Positions 24,211 through 36,433 of a DNA stretch of 64,000 nucleotides are shown in pieces (the stretch's first letter is position 1; each line of letters begins with the position of its first letter). The notes under the pieces were generated by a model that saw nothing but the letters and a program-made list of their open reading frames with translations, had not been told where the DNA came from and made no database searches. The translations under genes and the position numbers were made by a program. Location of the stretch: positions 15,945,873-16,009,872 of the forward strand of contig NC_069003.1 in the NCBI RefSeq assembly GCF_001194135.2. Reading direction: 5' to 3'. The stretch is from Octopus bimaculoides (lineage: Eukaryota).

Positions 24211-24593
24211 GGCGCAGGAGTAGTTGTGTGGTAAGTAGCTTGTTTACCAACCACATGGTGCTGGGTTCAGTCACAGTACGTGGCACCTTGGGCAAATGTC
24301 TTCTACTGTAGCCTCGAGGCGACCAAAGCCTTGTGAGTGGATTTGGTAGACGGAAGCTGAAAGTCCGTCGTATGTATGTATATGTGTGTGTGTATATATG
24401 TATGTGTGTGTATATGTTTGTGTCTGTGTTTGCTCCCTCCCCAAACATCGCTTGACAACCGATGCTGGTGCGTTTGCGTCACAGCAACTTAGCGGTTCGG
24501 TAAAAGAGACCGATAGAATAAGTACTAGGCTTACAAAGAATAAGTCCTGGGGTCGACTGCATGGCTGCAGTTAAAATGACTGAAACAAGTAAA
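24211..24593 (+). mobile_element. SINE family A, near full length
   Basis: GGCGCAGGAG-TAGTTGTGTGG (A box), GGGTTCAGTC (B box), internal TA/TG repeat, tail CGATAGAATAAGTACTAGGCTTACAAAGAATAAG..GACTGAAACAAGTAAA. Confidence 0.9.
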
Positions 24594-25505
24594 GGGCCAT
24601 CGGTATTTGAATAGCAAACACAATAAAGGTAAGACAAACATCATGCAACAAAAATAGTTGATTTATTTTTATTAAAATTATCATCGCCTCTGGAGAATGT
24701 ATCATAATTACCAAATGGCATTTAAGACCAGCTTCGTATGAGAAAGGGAGAAAATCCCGATTCAAGAATTTTCCAGAACTAAAATGCCATTGAGGAAAAG
24801 GACAGACTTATCTGAAGATACTAGGACAGTTGTAGACATGCGTTTCTTATTCAACAGCCGTCTTCAGCACGGCAATTGTCCAAAGGACTTACACATATAC
24901 ATAACAGTGAAGAAAACATTTATAGTCTAGGCAATTTCTTTAATTTAAACAAAAATGTGAAATACCATACTACATACATTCTTGATTTATAAAAACTATC
25001 TCCGTCCGCATCTATGGGATGCATTATAATTACCGAAAGGCAATTATGATTAGTTTCAGTTGAAAAGGGGAGATAATCTCGAAATTGAAGATTACTCCAA
25101 AACTGACATACCGTTAAAGAATATGACATGCTTCAGTGTGTACGCATGCGCGCACGCAAGTATCTGTAACATATGTACGTGTATAAATCTATGTGTAAGT
25201 GTATGCGTATGTATCTGTATGCGTCTGTATGTATCTGTCTGTGTACGTGTATTAGGTGGTTGTTTGTGTAATCCTGTGTGTGTCTGTATCGGTATACATG
25301 TATGAGTGCTTGTGTGGGTATTTGTGTATGTAATTATGTGTGTGAGTATGTATGTAACTCTGAGTGTTTATGTACATGTATGCTTATGTGTATGTGTGTA
25401 ACCCTGCATGTTCGTACATGCATGCATGTATACGTGTGTATGTGACAATGAGTAAATGTGTTCATTTATATAAAAATATATATTTGTATGGGAGTGTAAC
25501 AGTAC

Positions 25506-25577
<72 letters not shown>

Positions 25578-26295
25578 ATGCATGTATAAGTACGTCATTG
25601 CGTACGCTCGTGTCCGTGCCTGTGTATCTGCATGTGCATACATGCATCTGTAGATATGTATGTGAACTTGTGTGAGTATGTATGTGTATATAACTCTATG
25701 TAAATGTGTGTGTGTGTGCGTGTGTGCGTGCATTTAAGTATGCTTGTTTGTGTGTGTGTTTGTGTGTGTATTCTTGTTGATGATGGAAGGAGGAGGTCGT
25801 AATAAATCAAAGTTTAATTAAATTAATTACAGAAGTAATTAATGAGGCATGACTTCTTTAGAATTTCTATTTTACAAAGGTAAATATTTATTTTTTTATA
25901 TATCATATTTATTGTTTATCATAAGTATTTTTCTTTTTGGTGTCGGGTCGGGATTTCTTTTTGCGTGGAATCTCCACTTTTTTCCCATTATTCATTCAGT
26001 CCCACATTGATGATGACGATGATGGTGATGATGATGGGTGGTGTTGGTGATTTGGGTGTTGGTGGCCGTCGTGGTGGTGGTGGTGATGATGATGATGATA
26101 ACGGTAACGACGATGTAGGGGGTAATAAGGAGGAAGAGCAGGATAACGACGGCGACGGCGATGATAATGACGATGATGATGATACGGATTTTTAACATCA
26201 TGTCTAAATAGAAATGATTTCTGTGAAATATTTAGTGTTAGATCGGCCATCTTGGTCAGAGATTAGAGAAACGAGCGCAATAACTGACAGGGATA

Positions 26296-27325
26296 CAGGG
26301 CGTTATAAAAAACAAATGAAAACACCCTCTCCCATCTAAAAGTAAAAGTATTTGAAAAAATCAAAAACTATCAACTAGATTAAGGCTGAGAGATAAGAGT
26401 TGACTCAAAGTAGTCACCTTCAACATCCATCACGGATTTAAGACGGCTCCACAACTCGCTTATGCCGTTCTCACTCTATCTCTAGGAAGATCTTCGAACA
26501 CCTCCTTCATCACAGTCACCCAAATAAGTCTTGATGTTGCAGGCAGAGCGGTTGGTGTCTTTCTCAACCGTTCCCCACACATAATGGTCGATGGATATAG
26601 GATTGAGGGAATTACAAGGTGAAATCGTATAAATCCAATGACAACCACTTCTGCCTGTTTATGAAGGTATGGCAAGGAGCCGAATCCTGTTGCCACGCAT
26701 ATGGCCCTCCAGCAGCAATTATTTTCAGCCAGGGCTTGACCACAGTCTCCAGCAGTTTCCCATAGCCGACTGAATTGAGCCTGTTCAAAGCTGCGGGGAT
26801 GGATTCCCGCGTGTGAATGCAGTCAGAACGCCTGTTGTGCTCCTTCATGCTAACCACGGCTTCATAGTCTGTTGAAGTTGTCCATATCACATATTACAGT
26901 CTTTACAGTGATCACAGAGCATTGAGAAGAGGCCATGATGTCGGTATTTCCATATGCGACCGCGAACCATCATAATACAGGTAACACTTATCCAATATTC
27001 GGATGGCTTCCAGTCCTCCACGTTAGCTAACTACAATTTTATTCTTCATGCTCTCCAATGAGGTTGCATGTTCACCAATACATCAAACTTTTCTCGAAAA
27101 AAGGAAATCAATCGTTAAGTTTAGCCCGAATGCCCTGTATATAGAGTTAGTTGTCTTTAAAGTGTCGGGCAAAATACCAGATGGTACTTGTTCTCACACT
27201 CGATCCTGTGTGTTCAAATCATCTGACGCCAACTTTACCGTCCACCCGTTCAAGCTACATAAGATGAATATCTAACAAAGGGTGGTGCAGAAACGTATCT
27301 ATAAGAACATAAGATGAAACGCCTG
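26296..27325 (-). mobile_element. DD37D (maT)-type Tc1/mariner relic
   Basis: Minus strand encodes KPWLKIIAAGGPYAWQQDSAPCH..QKWLS, DHYVWGTVEKDTNRSAC and ..EGDYFE. Short TA-flanked ends TACAGGGCGTT / rc TACAGGCGTTT. Confidence 0.8.
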
Positions 27326-27969
27326 TATGTGGTTGTGTGTTTCTGCATACGCTTTTGTGTGTGTGTGTGTGTGTGTGGGTGTGTCAGTGCCTTTGTGCGT
27401 GTTTGAGTTTATGTTTGTATGTGCCTGTCTTTGTATGTCAGTATGCCTCTATGTGTTTGTCCGCCTGTGTGTGTATGCCTTTGTGTGTGATTGTGTGTGT
27501 GATTGTGTGTATGCTTGTGTGTATGCCTGTGTGTATGCCAGGGTATGTGTATGGCTGTGTGCATATACCTCTGTATGTGTGAGTACGCGCGCGTGTGTGT
27601 GTTGGATCCATCTCTTCGGATCTGCAGCAACGAAGCCACATCATACAATAGGTCACGAATGGGAACTGAAGGACTAAGACAAGCCAAGATATTGATTGAC
27701 TCGTTAACCCATTAATCAAACGAGCGATTACTTAATTGGTTAATTAAACAGTTAATTAGTTCACTAATATGACTCAAAGGTGAGACAGAAACAGTGGAAG
27801 TGTTAAAAAAATCACTATTGAAAAAATCACTCTTTCAAAATACAACAGCATATATGTGAATGCTGGTATGTTTGCAATCAGAGGTCACGGCCATACTGGG
27901 GCACCACCTTCAGTGCGATTCGTTTTTATTTTATACCCAATTCAAAGTTTCATCGCCGGAGTAGCGTAA

Positions 27970-28172
27970 TGAGTCCGAGAGCGTTGCCTTTCTTTGTATT
28001 TCCTGCCGTGTTGTGGCTTCATCAGGTACCTCAAGTAAAAAGTTGTCCAAGCGTGTGTTGAAAACATCCACATCTACGCCTCGCAAATCTCGGAGGCGTT
28101 TTTGGCAGAGTGTTAAACGTTGTAGGCCCTTAAAACCTAAGCTGTTACAGTATTGGGTCCTTACTCTAGATG
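27970..28172 (-). mobile_element. CR1/L2-group LINE ORF2 3' fragment
   Basis: Minus strand NSLGFKGLQRLTLCQKRLRDLRGVDVDVFNTRLDNFLLEVPDE resembles the CR1-group ORF2 C-terminus (FNxLP..R...vdvFK.KLD.FL..VPD). Confidence 0.65.
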
Positions 28173-28869
28173 AAAAAACAATAGGCAAAACAGATGCAAA
28201 GTGAATTGTGACCAGCGATGTATAACATCCGATTGTCTTGTCGATCACGTAATATATATATATATCACGTGTGTGTGTGTGTGTATTTCTGTGTGCACGC
28301 ATTTCTCTCTCTCTCTGTGGATAGATAGATAGATAGATATAACTTCAATTTGAGTATTAACTTTATAGTTTGCTTCAGAAACCAGTCCATGGGTACCAGA
28401 GGAGTTGACATTTTCCTGCAATAGTATTGATGTGATGTATTGTTTCGTATATTATATGATAATATTCCAGCAATAATTCTTCTGGTAAAGAGTTGATGAA
28501 ACAATTGTAATACTATGCAATAAAATATGTTCCTCACTCAATTCTCGGCACCTTGGACAAGTCTTCTATAGGCTTGGGCCAACCAAAGTCTTGGAAAGTG
28601 AAAGAATCCCGTTGTATACATATGTACATATATATATGCATGCGGGCACGTGTGTGTATACCATCACCTCTTGACACCCAGCGCTGGTATATTTATATAC
28701 CCGTAACTTAGCATTTCGGTAAAGGAGACCAATAGAATAAGTATCAGGCTTTATAAAAGTAAGTACTAGGGTCGATTCATTCGACTAAAAATTACTTAAG
28801 GTGGTGCACCAGCATGACCGCAGCCTAATGACTGAAACAAGTAAGAGATATTACAAATGACAAAGCTCC

Positions 28870-29095
28870 TTTCTTAGTCAAATATACCCCTAGGGTCGGT
28901 TGCCCGGTTTCTGAGGCGCATAATTGACCGAGATCACATTTCCACCCCTGATACCCACGAACGGAATGCCAGTCCGTCGCAGAGTTAATCATTTACAGCC
29001 GGGTGGACTCAAGCAACGTGAAATTTAGTGGTTTTCTCAAGACTACAGTGCATTGCTCGGTCCAGGAATCGAAACCGCTAAGCCATGCGCTTCCA
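28870..29095 (-). mobile_element. tRNA-derived SINE (family G), diverged
   Basis: Reverse complement has GCATGGCTTAGCGGTTTCGATTCCTGG (collapsed A/B boxes), a CCACCCGGCTGTAAATG body and a GAAACCGGGCAACCGACCC tail. Confidence 0.55.
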
Positions 29096-29253
29096 CTTGT
29101 GTGTGTGTGTGTGTGTGTGTGTGTACGTGCGTGTGTGTGTGTACGTGCGTGTGTGTGTGTGTACATACCCACGTGTATATGTATATNNNNNNNNNNNNNN
29201 NNNNNNNNNNNNNNNNNNNNNNNNNNNNNNNNNNNNNNNNNNNNNNNNNNNNN

Positions 29254-29290
<37 letters not shown>

Positions 29291-29868
29291 ATATATATTC
29301 ACACATTCACAGAAACCTAATTGCGTTGCATTTTGCAATGGTCATTGGTCCATTAAAAGCAGAACTGATTATATTAACTGATTGTTTGTGAGAACGTTTC
29401 GCAACACGTTTTTAACCTTCTCAACGAGTTCTCCTTGACTTCTTCATGCCTCGGTGTCAGGTCTTTATATTAATGATGGTGATGGTGATGATGTGGTCTG
29501 ACGATGTATATAAGCATGTGTGAGGATATGTTTGTGGTGTTCTTATGTATTGTGTATATGTGCGTGAATTTTATGTGTATATACATATTTTACACAACTT
29601 CTGCACTTCTGTCAACTGTATTAAATTCATTTCAATTTACTGAGGTGGCAGAGAATGGCAGAGAATGGTAGAGAAGGCGGGGTAGGGTTGTCATTACCTT
29701 GTCTTTATTACAATATTTTATTTCTTCCATAAATCTCTATTTTCGGATTTTAGCTCTCTTCTTTTTCCCACTTGTATAAATGTATATACATGTGTGTGTG
29801 TATGTGTGTGTGTGTGTGTGGTTTAACTATACATACAGATAGATAGATGGACGGATGGATAGATAAAT

Positions 29869-29907
<39 letters not shown>

Positions 29908-31967
29908 AGACAGATAGACAGATAGACAGTGCTCATACGTGGACGTATTTCTGGTTGTACGTGACTCTCGCATTATGACAATCCAAAGCCTGGAGCCATT
30001 AAATAAATAGAAGATAGTATATACATATATATATATGCCCAGGAACACACTAAATATTATTTTTAATTCAACAATATACGATATAATTAATGAGACCGAA
30101 AAATAATAAAGAATTATTAATTATCTTTCTGAAATATCTTCACACCATTATAAAGTGTAATTGTAATCTCTATGCCTAGACTCTGTGTCTCTATCATTAT
30201 ATTTTCGGTGACATAATTAACAAAACAATAATAATTCTTCAGTTGAATCAATTGTTATGACTGTTTTGGCGATGGGTTTTAAGAATAATACAGTTCCACA
30301 GAACCAGATTAAATGCCTTCCAGTATTGACATACGACCCTTTTGAGTTTTTTTTTTTTCATATATATATATTCACGTTTTTTCAAATTCTGCCACATCGC
30401 CTTTGTCTCTCATCAATCGAGGATCGATGAAATACGTACATAACCGAAGTCGAGTGGACGACATCATCGATTATGACCTTTCCCAAAATGTCTGCCTCTA
30501 AACTTATTTTAGAAATCAATCATTGGTTTAGTAGAATCGTCAGTTCTTTGGAAGAATAAATTCTTTCTGGTATTTGTTCTGGCTCTCAACAGTTCAGAGT
30601 TCAAATACTGCCGAATTCAATTTGTCCTTCATTATTTCAAGATCACTTTTTTTTATTCTTCAATGGCTTCGACCACTGGGTTGTAAGCATACCAAAGTCT
30701 CTCTCACACATGGACAAAAATATAGACAAATATACAAATGATAATAATGTGGAAATGAGAAAATATAATTTATTTCAATAATGTATTTGTTATTATTGGT
30801 TTCAAATTTCGGCACAAGGCCAGCAATTTCGAGGGAGGGTTTAAGCCGACATAGGCACAAGCCCAGAAATTTAGGGAAGGATGTGGGGAATATTCGATTA
30901 AAATCCCCTATGTATGACTAGTATTTTATATTACTGGCTGCAGAATGATGAAAGAGAAGATTGACCTCATCAAGATTCGAGCGTTCATGACTGTAACTAC
31001 TACAGCAAGACATTTTATCAGACGCTCTATGAAAATGACAATTGTTTAGGTCATGAATTTTGAGGAAGGGTGTCGATCGTAACCAGTCCTTTAAATCGAT
31101 CCCAGTGTTCAGTACTTTATCTTACCTATTATCGACCCCAATACTTTATTGTTACTCAATTCGATCGCTGACTGAACCCACTATTTCTTTCATACTTTGT
31201 TTTATCAATTGTCAATCACGTAATTTATTGGTACTTTATCTGATCGATTATCAAATCCGAAACTTCACTGATACCTTAATCTTTTATCGATTACCGATAT
31301 CCAACGGTTGAAAAATAAAAATAATCGCGGTGGGACTTGAACTCGTGACGTAAATGGCCTTAGCTAAATACAACAAAGGCATATTTTGTCCAACCTTCTA
31401 ATGATTCCTCCAACCCACCTGCGGCGAAACATTGTCAACAACAAATTAAGTGAAATAAACGAGAAAATTGAAGTAAATCTCGTGACAACATAAATACAGC
31501 CCAATAAATTATTTTAGACAATTTCCTACTCTAACTTAATTAGATTTTCAATGGGTAATTTCTGTCATTTTATATTCTTTTTTTTTTTCCTAGATGAATA
31601 TATAAATAAATACATTAATAAATTAATAAATGAAAAATAAATAAATAAATTTAGAAGCTAATAGACAATGACTAAGTGTATTATTGATCAATTACATTTT
31701 CTCATTTTCATACGTAGTGTGTATTCTGGAGGATATCAAGTGTGTGTGTGTGTGTGTGTATGTGTGTGTGTGTGTGTGTGTGTGCGTGCGTGTGTGTGTG
31801 TGTGTGAACGGGTGTGTGCACATGTATATATATGATTATTTAATATTATCTGGGTAAATAACTTACAGCGTACTGTCCAGAGCTCATCTACAGGTGATAC
31901 GCTGAAACAATTGTAGTGGTCCGGAATAAAACTTGTTCATTCAATCCTCTCCAATCAAACTCATTTT

Positions 31968-32083
<116 letters not shown>

Positions 32084-32194
32084 NNNNNNNNNNNNNNNNN
32101 NNNNNNNNNNNNNNNNNNNNNNNNNNNNNNNNNNNNNNNNNNNNNNNNNNNNNNNNNNNNNNNNNNNNNNNNNNNNNNNNNGTTACTATTATTA

Positions 32195-32245
<51 letters not shown>

Positions 32246-32251
32246 TATTAA

Positions 32252-32350
32252 TCAGGTCGCTGCCGTGAATCGAACTCGGAACCTTGGGGTTAGTAGCCCG
32301 CGCTCTTAACCTTGGGGTTAGTAGCCCGCGCTCTTAACCACTACGCCATA
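32252..32350 (-). mobile_element. tRNA-derived Pol III head with an internal 28-bp tandem duplication, followed by an (AAT)n tract
   Basis: Minus strand TATGGCGTAGTGG (A box) ... GAGTTCGATTC (B box). Duplicated unit at 32281-32308 and 32309-32336. Continues into (AAT)n ending TAATAGTAAC at 32182. Confidence 0.8.
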
Positions 32351-32488
32351 TCCCCAAGACACCTGACGAAGGCTGGAGGGTATATCAGCCGAAACGTTGT
32401 GTTAACAACAAACAAGATGAGGACAAATATCCGTCAAATGTAAATAATGTAAATAATGTAAATAATTCCTCATCTCTTAAATATAGAA

Positions 32489-32490
<2 letters not shown>
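32351..32490 (+). mobile_element. Second copy of the hammerhead-bearing element, 3' half
   Basis: 108/110 identity to 1471-1580. Continues to TAATTCCTCATCTCTTAAATATAGAACT, whose reverse complement begins the 1354 left arm, then G(AAT)n. Confidence 0.85.
32358..32403 (+). ncRNA. Minimal type I hammerhead ribozyme motif (family 1, copy 2)
   Basis: Identical to 1478-1523. Confidence 0.8.
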
Positions 32491-32567
<77 letters not shown>

Positions 32568-32571
<4 letters not shown>

Positions 32572-32871
32572 AAAGACCTGGAAATAGAGGTAACTCGAAT
32601 GTGGAATCTAAAAACAGAAACAATTCCTAGCATAGTAGGCGCCTTAGGTATAATAAAAAAAATATTCAGGCAAATATATAACAAAAACACTAGGACTTAC
32701 AAATATATATAACATACAGAAAATTGCACTACTGGGCACTGCACACATCCTAGGAAAAGCAATTTCAATACAGTAACTATAAGAGCATCACAGCAAACCA
32801 CAGCACATACCCAAGGCGCACAGAGCTGTGCTCGGTAGTGAAGTGAAAGCACGTTATAAAAATAAAATTAG

Positions 32872-32875
<4 letters not shown>
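32568..32875 (+). mobile_element. 5'-truncated R4/Dong-clade non-LTR retrotransposon in (AAT)n
   Basis: Encodes KDLEIEVTRMWNLKTETIPSIVGALG..IALLGTAHIL (restriction-like endonuclease C-terminus) plus the 3' UTR; flanked by (AAT)n on both sides. Confidence 0.9.
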
Positions 32876-32937
<62 letters not shown>

Positions 32938-32941
<4 letters not shown>

Positions 32942-34385
32942 GTATTTAGGAGTATATAAGTATTTAGGAGTCAATGAACTAGATAGGATACAACATACAC
33001 AAATGAAAGAAAAAATAAAGAAAGAGTACTATAGACGAGTTAGATCACTACTAAAAACAGAGCTCAATGCTAAAAACAAGATAATGGGTATCAACACTTT
33101 AGCTGTCCCAGTTATAAGCTACAGCTACAACATCCTTAACTGGACACTAAACGAACTATGTAAAATAGACAGGAAAACAAGAAAAATAATGACAGGATAT
33201 AGGATGCACCACCCAAAATCTGACATAGAAAGGCTATATATACAACGCACAGAAGGTGGCAGGGGTCTTATACAGCTAGAAAACTATTATAAAANNNNNN
33301 NNNNNNNNNNNNNNNNNNNNNNNNNNNNNNNNNNNNNNNNNNNNNNNNNNNNNNNNNNNNNNNNNNNNNNNNNNNNNNNNNNNNNNNNNNNNNNNNNNNN
33401 NNNNNNNNNNNNNNNNNNNNNNNNNNNNNNNNNNNNNNNNNNNNNNNNNNNNNNNNNNNNNNNNNNNNNNNNNNNNNNNNNNNNNNNNNNNNNNNNNNNN
33501 NNNNNNNNNNNNNNNNNNNNNNNNNNNNNNNNNNNNNNNNNNNNNNNNNNNNNNNNNNNNNNNNNNNNNNNNNNNNNNNNNNNNNNNNNNNNNNNNNNNN
33601 NNNNNNNNNNNNNNNNNNNNNNNNNNNNNNNNNNNNNNNNNNNNNNNNNNNNNNNNNNNNNNNNNNNNNNNNNNNNNNNNNNNNNNNNNNNNNNNNNNNN
33701 NNNNNNNNNNNNNNNNNNNNNNNNNNNNNNNNNNNNNNNNNNNNNNNNNNNNNNNNNNNNNNNNNNNNNNNNNNNNNNNNNNNNNNNNNNNNNNNNNNNN
33801 NNNNNNNNNNNNNNNNNNNNNNNNNNNNNNNNNNNNNNNNNNNNNNNNNNNNNNNNNNNNNNNNNNNNNNNNNNNNNNNNNNNNNNNNNNNNNNNNNNNN
33901 NNNNNNNNNNNNNNNNNNNNNNNNNNNNNNNNNNNNNNNNNNNNNNNNNNNNNNNNNNNNNNNNNNNNNNNNNNNNNNNNNNNNNNNNNNNNNNNNNNNN
34001 NNNNNNNNNNNNNNNNNNNNNNNNNNNNNNNNNNCAGCAGATGACAACGTTTCTCTAAAAGAAATGGAAAAACTTTCAAAATACAAAGACCTGGAAATAG
34101 AGATAACTCGAATGTGGAATCTAAAAACAGAAACAATTCCTATCATAGTAGGTGCCTTAGGTATAATAAAAAAATATTCAGACAAATACATAACAAAAAT
34201 ACCAGGACTTACAAATATATATAACATACAGAAAATTGCACTACTGGGTACTGCACACATTCTACGCAAAACACTTTCAATACAGTAACCATAAGAGCAC
34301 CACAGCAAACCACAGCACATACCCAAGGCGCACAGAGCTGCGCTCGGTAGTGAAGTGAAAGCACGTTATAAAAATAAAACTACTG
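32938..34385 (+). mobile_element. R4/Dong-clade non-LTR retrotransposon, 5' truncated, gap at 33295-34034
   Basis: YKYLGV..KEYYRRVRSLLKTELNAKNKIMGINTLAVPVISYS..DRKTRK..HHPKSDIERLY..GGRGL (RT thumb), then EKLSKYKDLEIEITRMWNL..TAHILRKTL* (REL endonuclease); 3' end ACTACTG-(AAT)n. Confidence 0.92.
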
Positions 34386-34404
34386 AATAATAATAATAAT
34401 AATA

Positions 34405-35300
34405 AATCCTAATGATGCATGGCGCCTATCATCCACGTACAAACACTGATCGCCTATACAGGAAGGGAGCAAATGGAGGAAGGAGGGAGACTGCGTACGT
34501 ATGGAACTCGGGAGTTTAATGAGATACCTGGGCCAAAGTAAGGAAACCTTTCCAGTATCAGTTAGGAATGAGTGAGTGTTGAAAGCAAAGGAAAAACAAA
34601 GCAAGAAGAACAAAAAGGAGATGAAGAAGCGTTACGCAACAAGGGACTACACAGTATATTCCATCTAGCCACAACTGAAGTCCGAGATTTCCCTGAATCC
34701 CCAAAATCAAGTGCCCTCTCTATTCCCTTCTCTCCGACTTACAGGTCTATGCTGAGAGAGGTAACACTCTGTCAATGAACTCATTCGAGGACAGCACTTC
34801 CCTCTCCACTCTCAATTTCCTTTTCAAGTGAAACTTGAAGAAGTCAATGAGAGCTCTACCAAAGAGGAATATATCTGTCCTCATACTTTTCAGCCTTGTC
34901 CACCAAACAACTTATTTTACCACAGCCTTCAGGCAATGGAAAACTGCTTTGAAGGCGGGTGGCAGGACAATCATCACTACAGACTCGGCCGACAGACGAA
35001 TCCGTCCCACATGTGACAGCAGCTTTCTAACATATCCCAACAAGTCAGCAACGCCCGGACACTGAACCAGTGCGTGCAGAACGGTTTCGTCACTCTGCGC
35101 GCACCTCGGACAAGTCAGTCTGACAGCACATCCGTGTCTGTAGATTTTATCCTAAACCATTAGCGCCCCCACCCCTGGTAGCACTGCCCGGCCAAGGATA
35201 TCTGGAAATGATCCATGATAGTTCCCGACCGGAAAGTCCTCCGGAACAGACTAGCCAGTTCGTTTTTTTGGCCGCCAGAGTCTCCCCGAATAATAATAGA
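34405..35300 (-). mobile_element. L1/Tx1-clade LINE 3' fragment
   Basis: Minus strand DKIYRHGCAVRLTCPRCAQSDETVLHALVQC (CCHC knuckle at 35059-35112)..VVWWTRLK..FFKFHLKRKLRVERE, with in-frame stops. Confidence 0.8.
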
Positions 35301-35373
35301 GACATTTGTAATGAGAAAGAACTAATTTCTTCAACCAACCCATATGAACTGCTATTAACCATATACTATACGG

Positions 35374-35413
<40 letters not shown>

Positions 35414-35698
35414 NNNNNNNNNNNNNNNNNNNNNNNNNNNNNNNNNNNNNNNNNNNNNNNNNNNNNNNNNNNNNNNNNNNNNNNNNNNNNNNNNNNNNNN
35501 NNNNNNNNNNNNNNNNNNNNNNNNNNNNNNNNNNNNNNNNNNNNNNNNNNNNNNNNNNNNNNNNNNNNNNNNNNNNNNNNNNNNNNNNNNNNNNNNNNNN
35601 NNNNNNNNNNNNNNNNNNNNNNNNNNNNNNNNNNNNNNNNNNNNNNNNNNNNNNNNNNNNNNNNNNNNNNNNNNNNNNNNNNNNNNNNNNNNNNNNNN

Positions 35699-35737
<39 letters not shown>

Positions 35738-36384
35738 ATATGTATGTGTGTGTGTGTGCATATGTTTATGTGTTTATGCGCCCCCCCCCCCAACATCGCT
35801 TGACAGCTGATACTGGTGCGTTTACGTCCCCGTAACCTAGCGGTTCGGGAAAAGTGTCCGATAGAATAAGTAATAGGGTTACAAAGAATAAGTCTTGGGA
35901 TCTATTGGTCGACTAAAGGCGGTGTTCCAGCATGGCCGCAATCAAATAACCGAACCAAGTAAAAGAATAGGAAAATAACAGACAATATGGTGCTCCAGCA
36001 TGGCCACAGTCAAAATGACTGAAACAAGTAAAAGAGTAAAAGAGTAATATATATAAACACACACACAGATTTGTGGAGTTGCTTTCCTTCAGTTGAAGAA
36101 CTAATCCAATTGTACATCTCTTTCCAAGAGATCTGCCAATTGCGAAGACGTCTGTATCTCTTATCTGTTGCTATAACATTGTTTTATTATTCGGGTCTCA
36201 CAGTGAAAGACTGCAATGACCTCTCTATTGCCTTGCACCACCTCACTACACTCTCCTTCGAGAAAATCCCACACGATGGATTCAATGTTTCGCCGTGCAC
36301 GTCTGTACATGCGTTTGGTGTATATGCGTAATTTATTTTTACCAACGTATGCATATCTGTGTGTGTATGTAAATATGTATATAT

Positions 36385-36433
<49 letters not shown>

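Noticed and set aside
25965-26200. Acidic/His-rich ORFs
   Set aside because: Degenerate GAT/GGT trinucleotide repeats without splice context.
32252-32350. Functional tRNA gene
   Set aside because: It has A and B boxes but a weak anticodon stem, no acceptor-stem closure and a 28-bp internal duplication; it is a tRNA-derived head only.
32871-32940. Poly-Asn N-terminus of the 395-aa ORF
   Set aside because: It is the (AAT)n target tract read in frame with a truncated retrotransposon, and the ORF length is inflated by the N gap.
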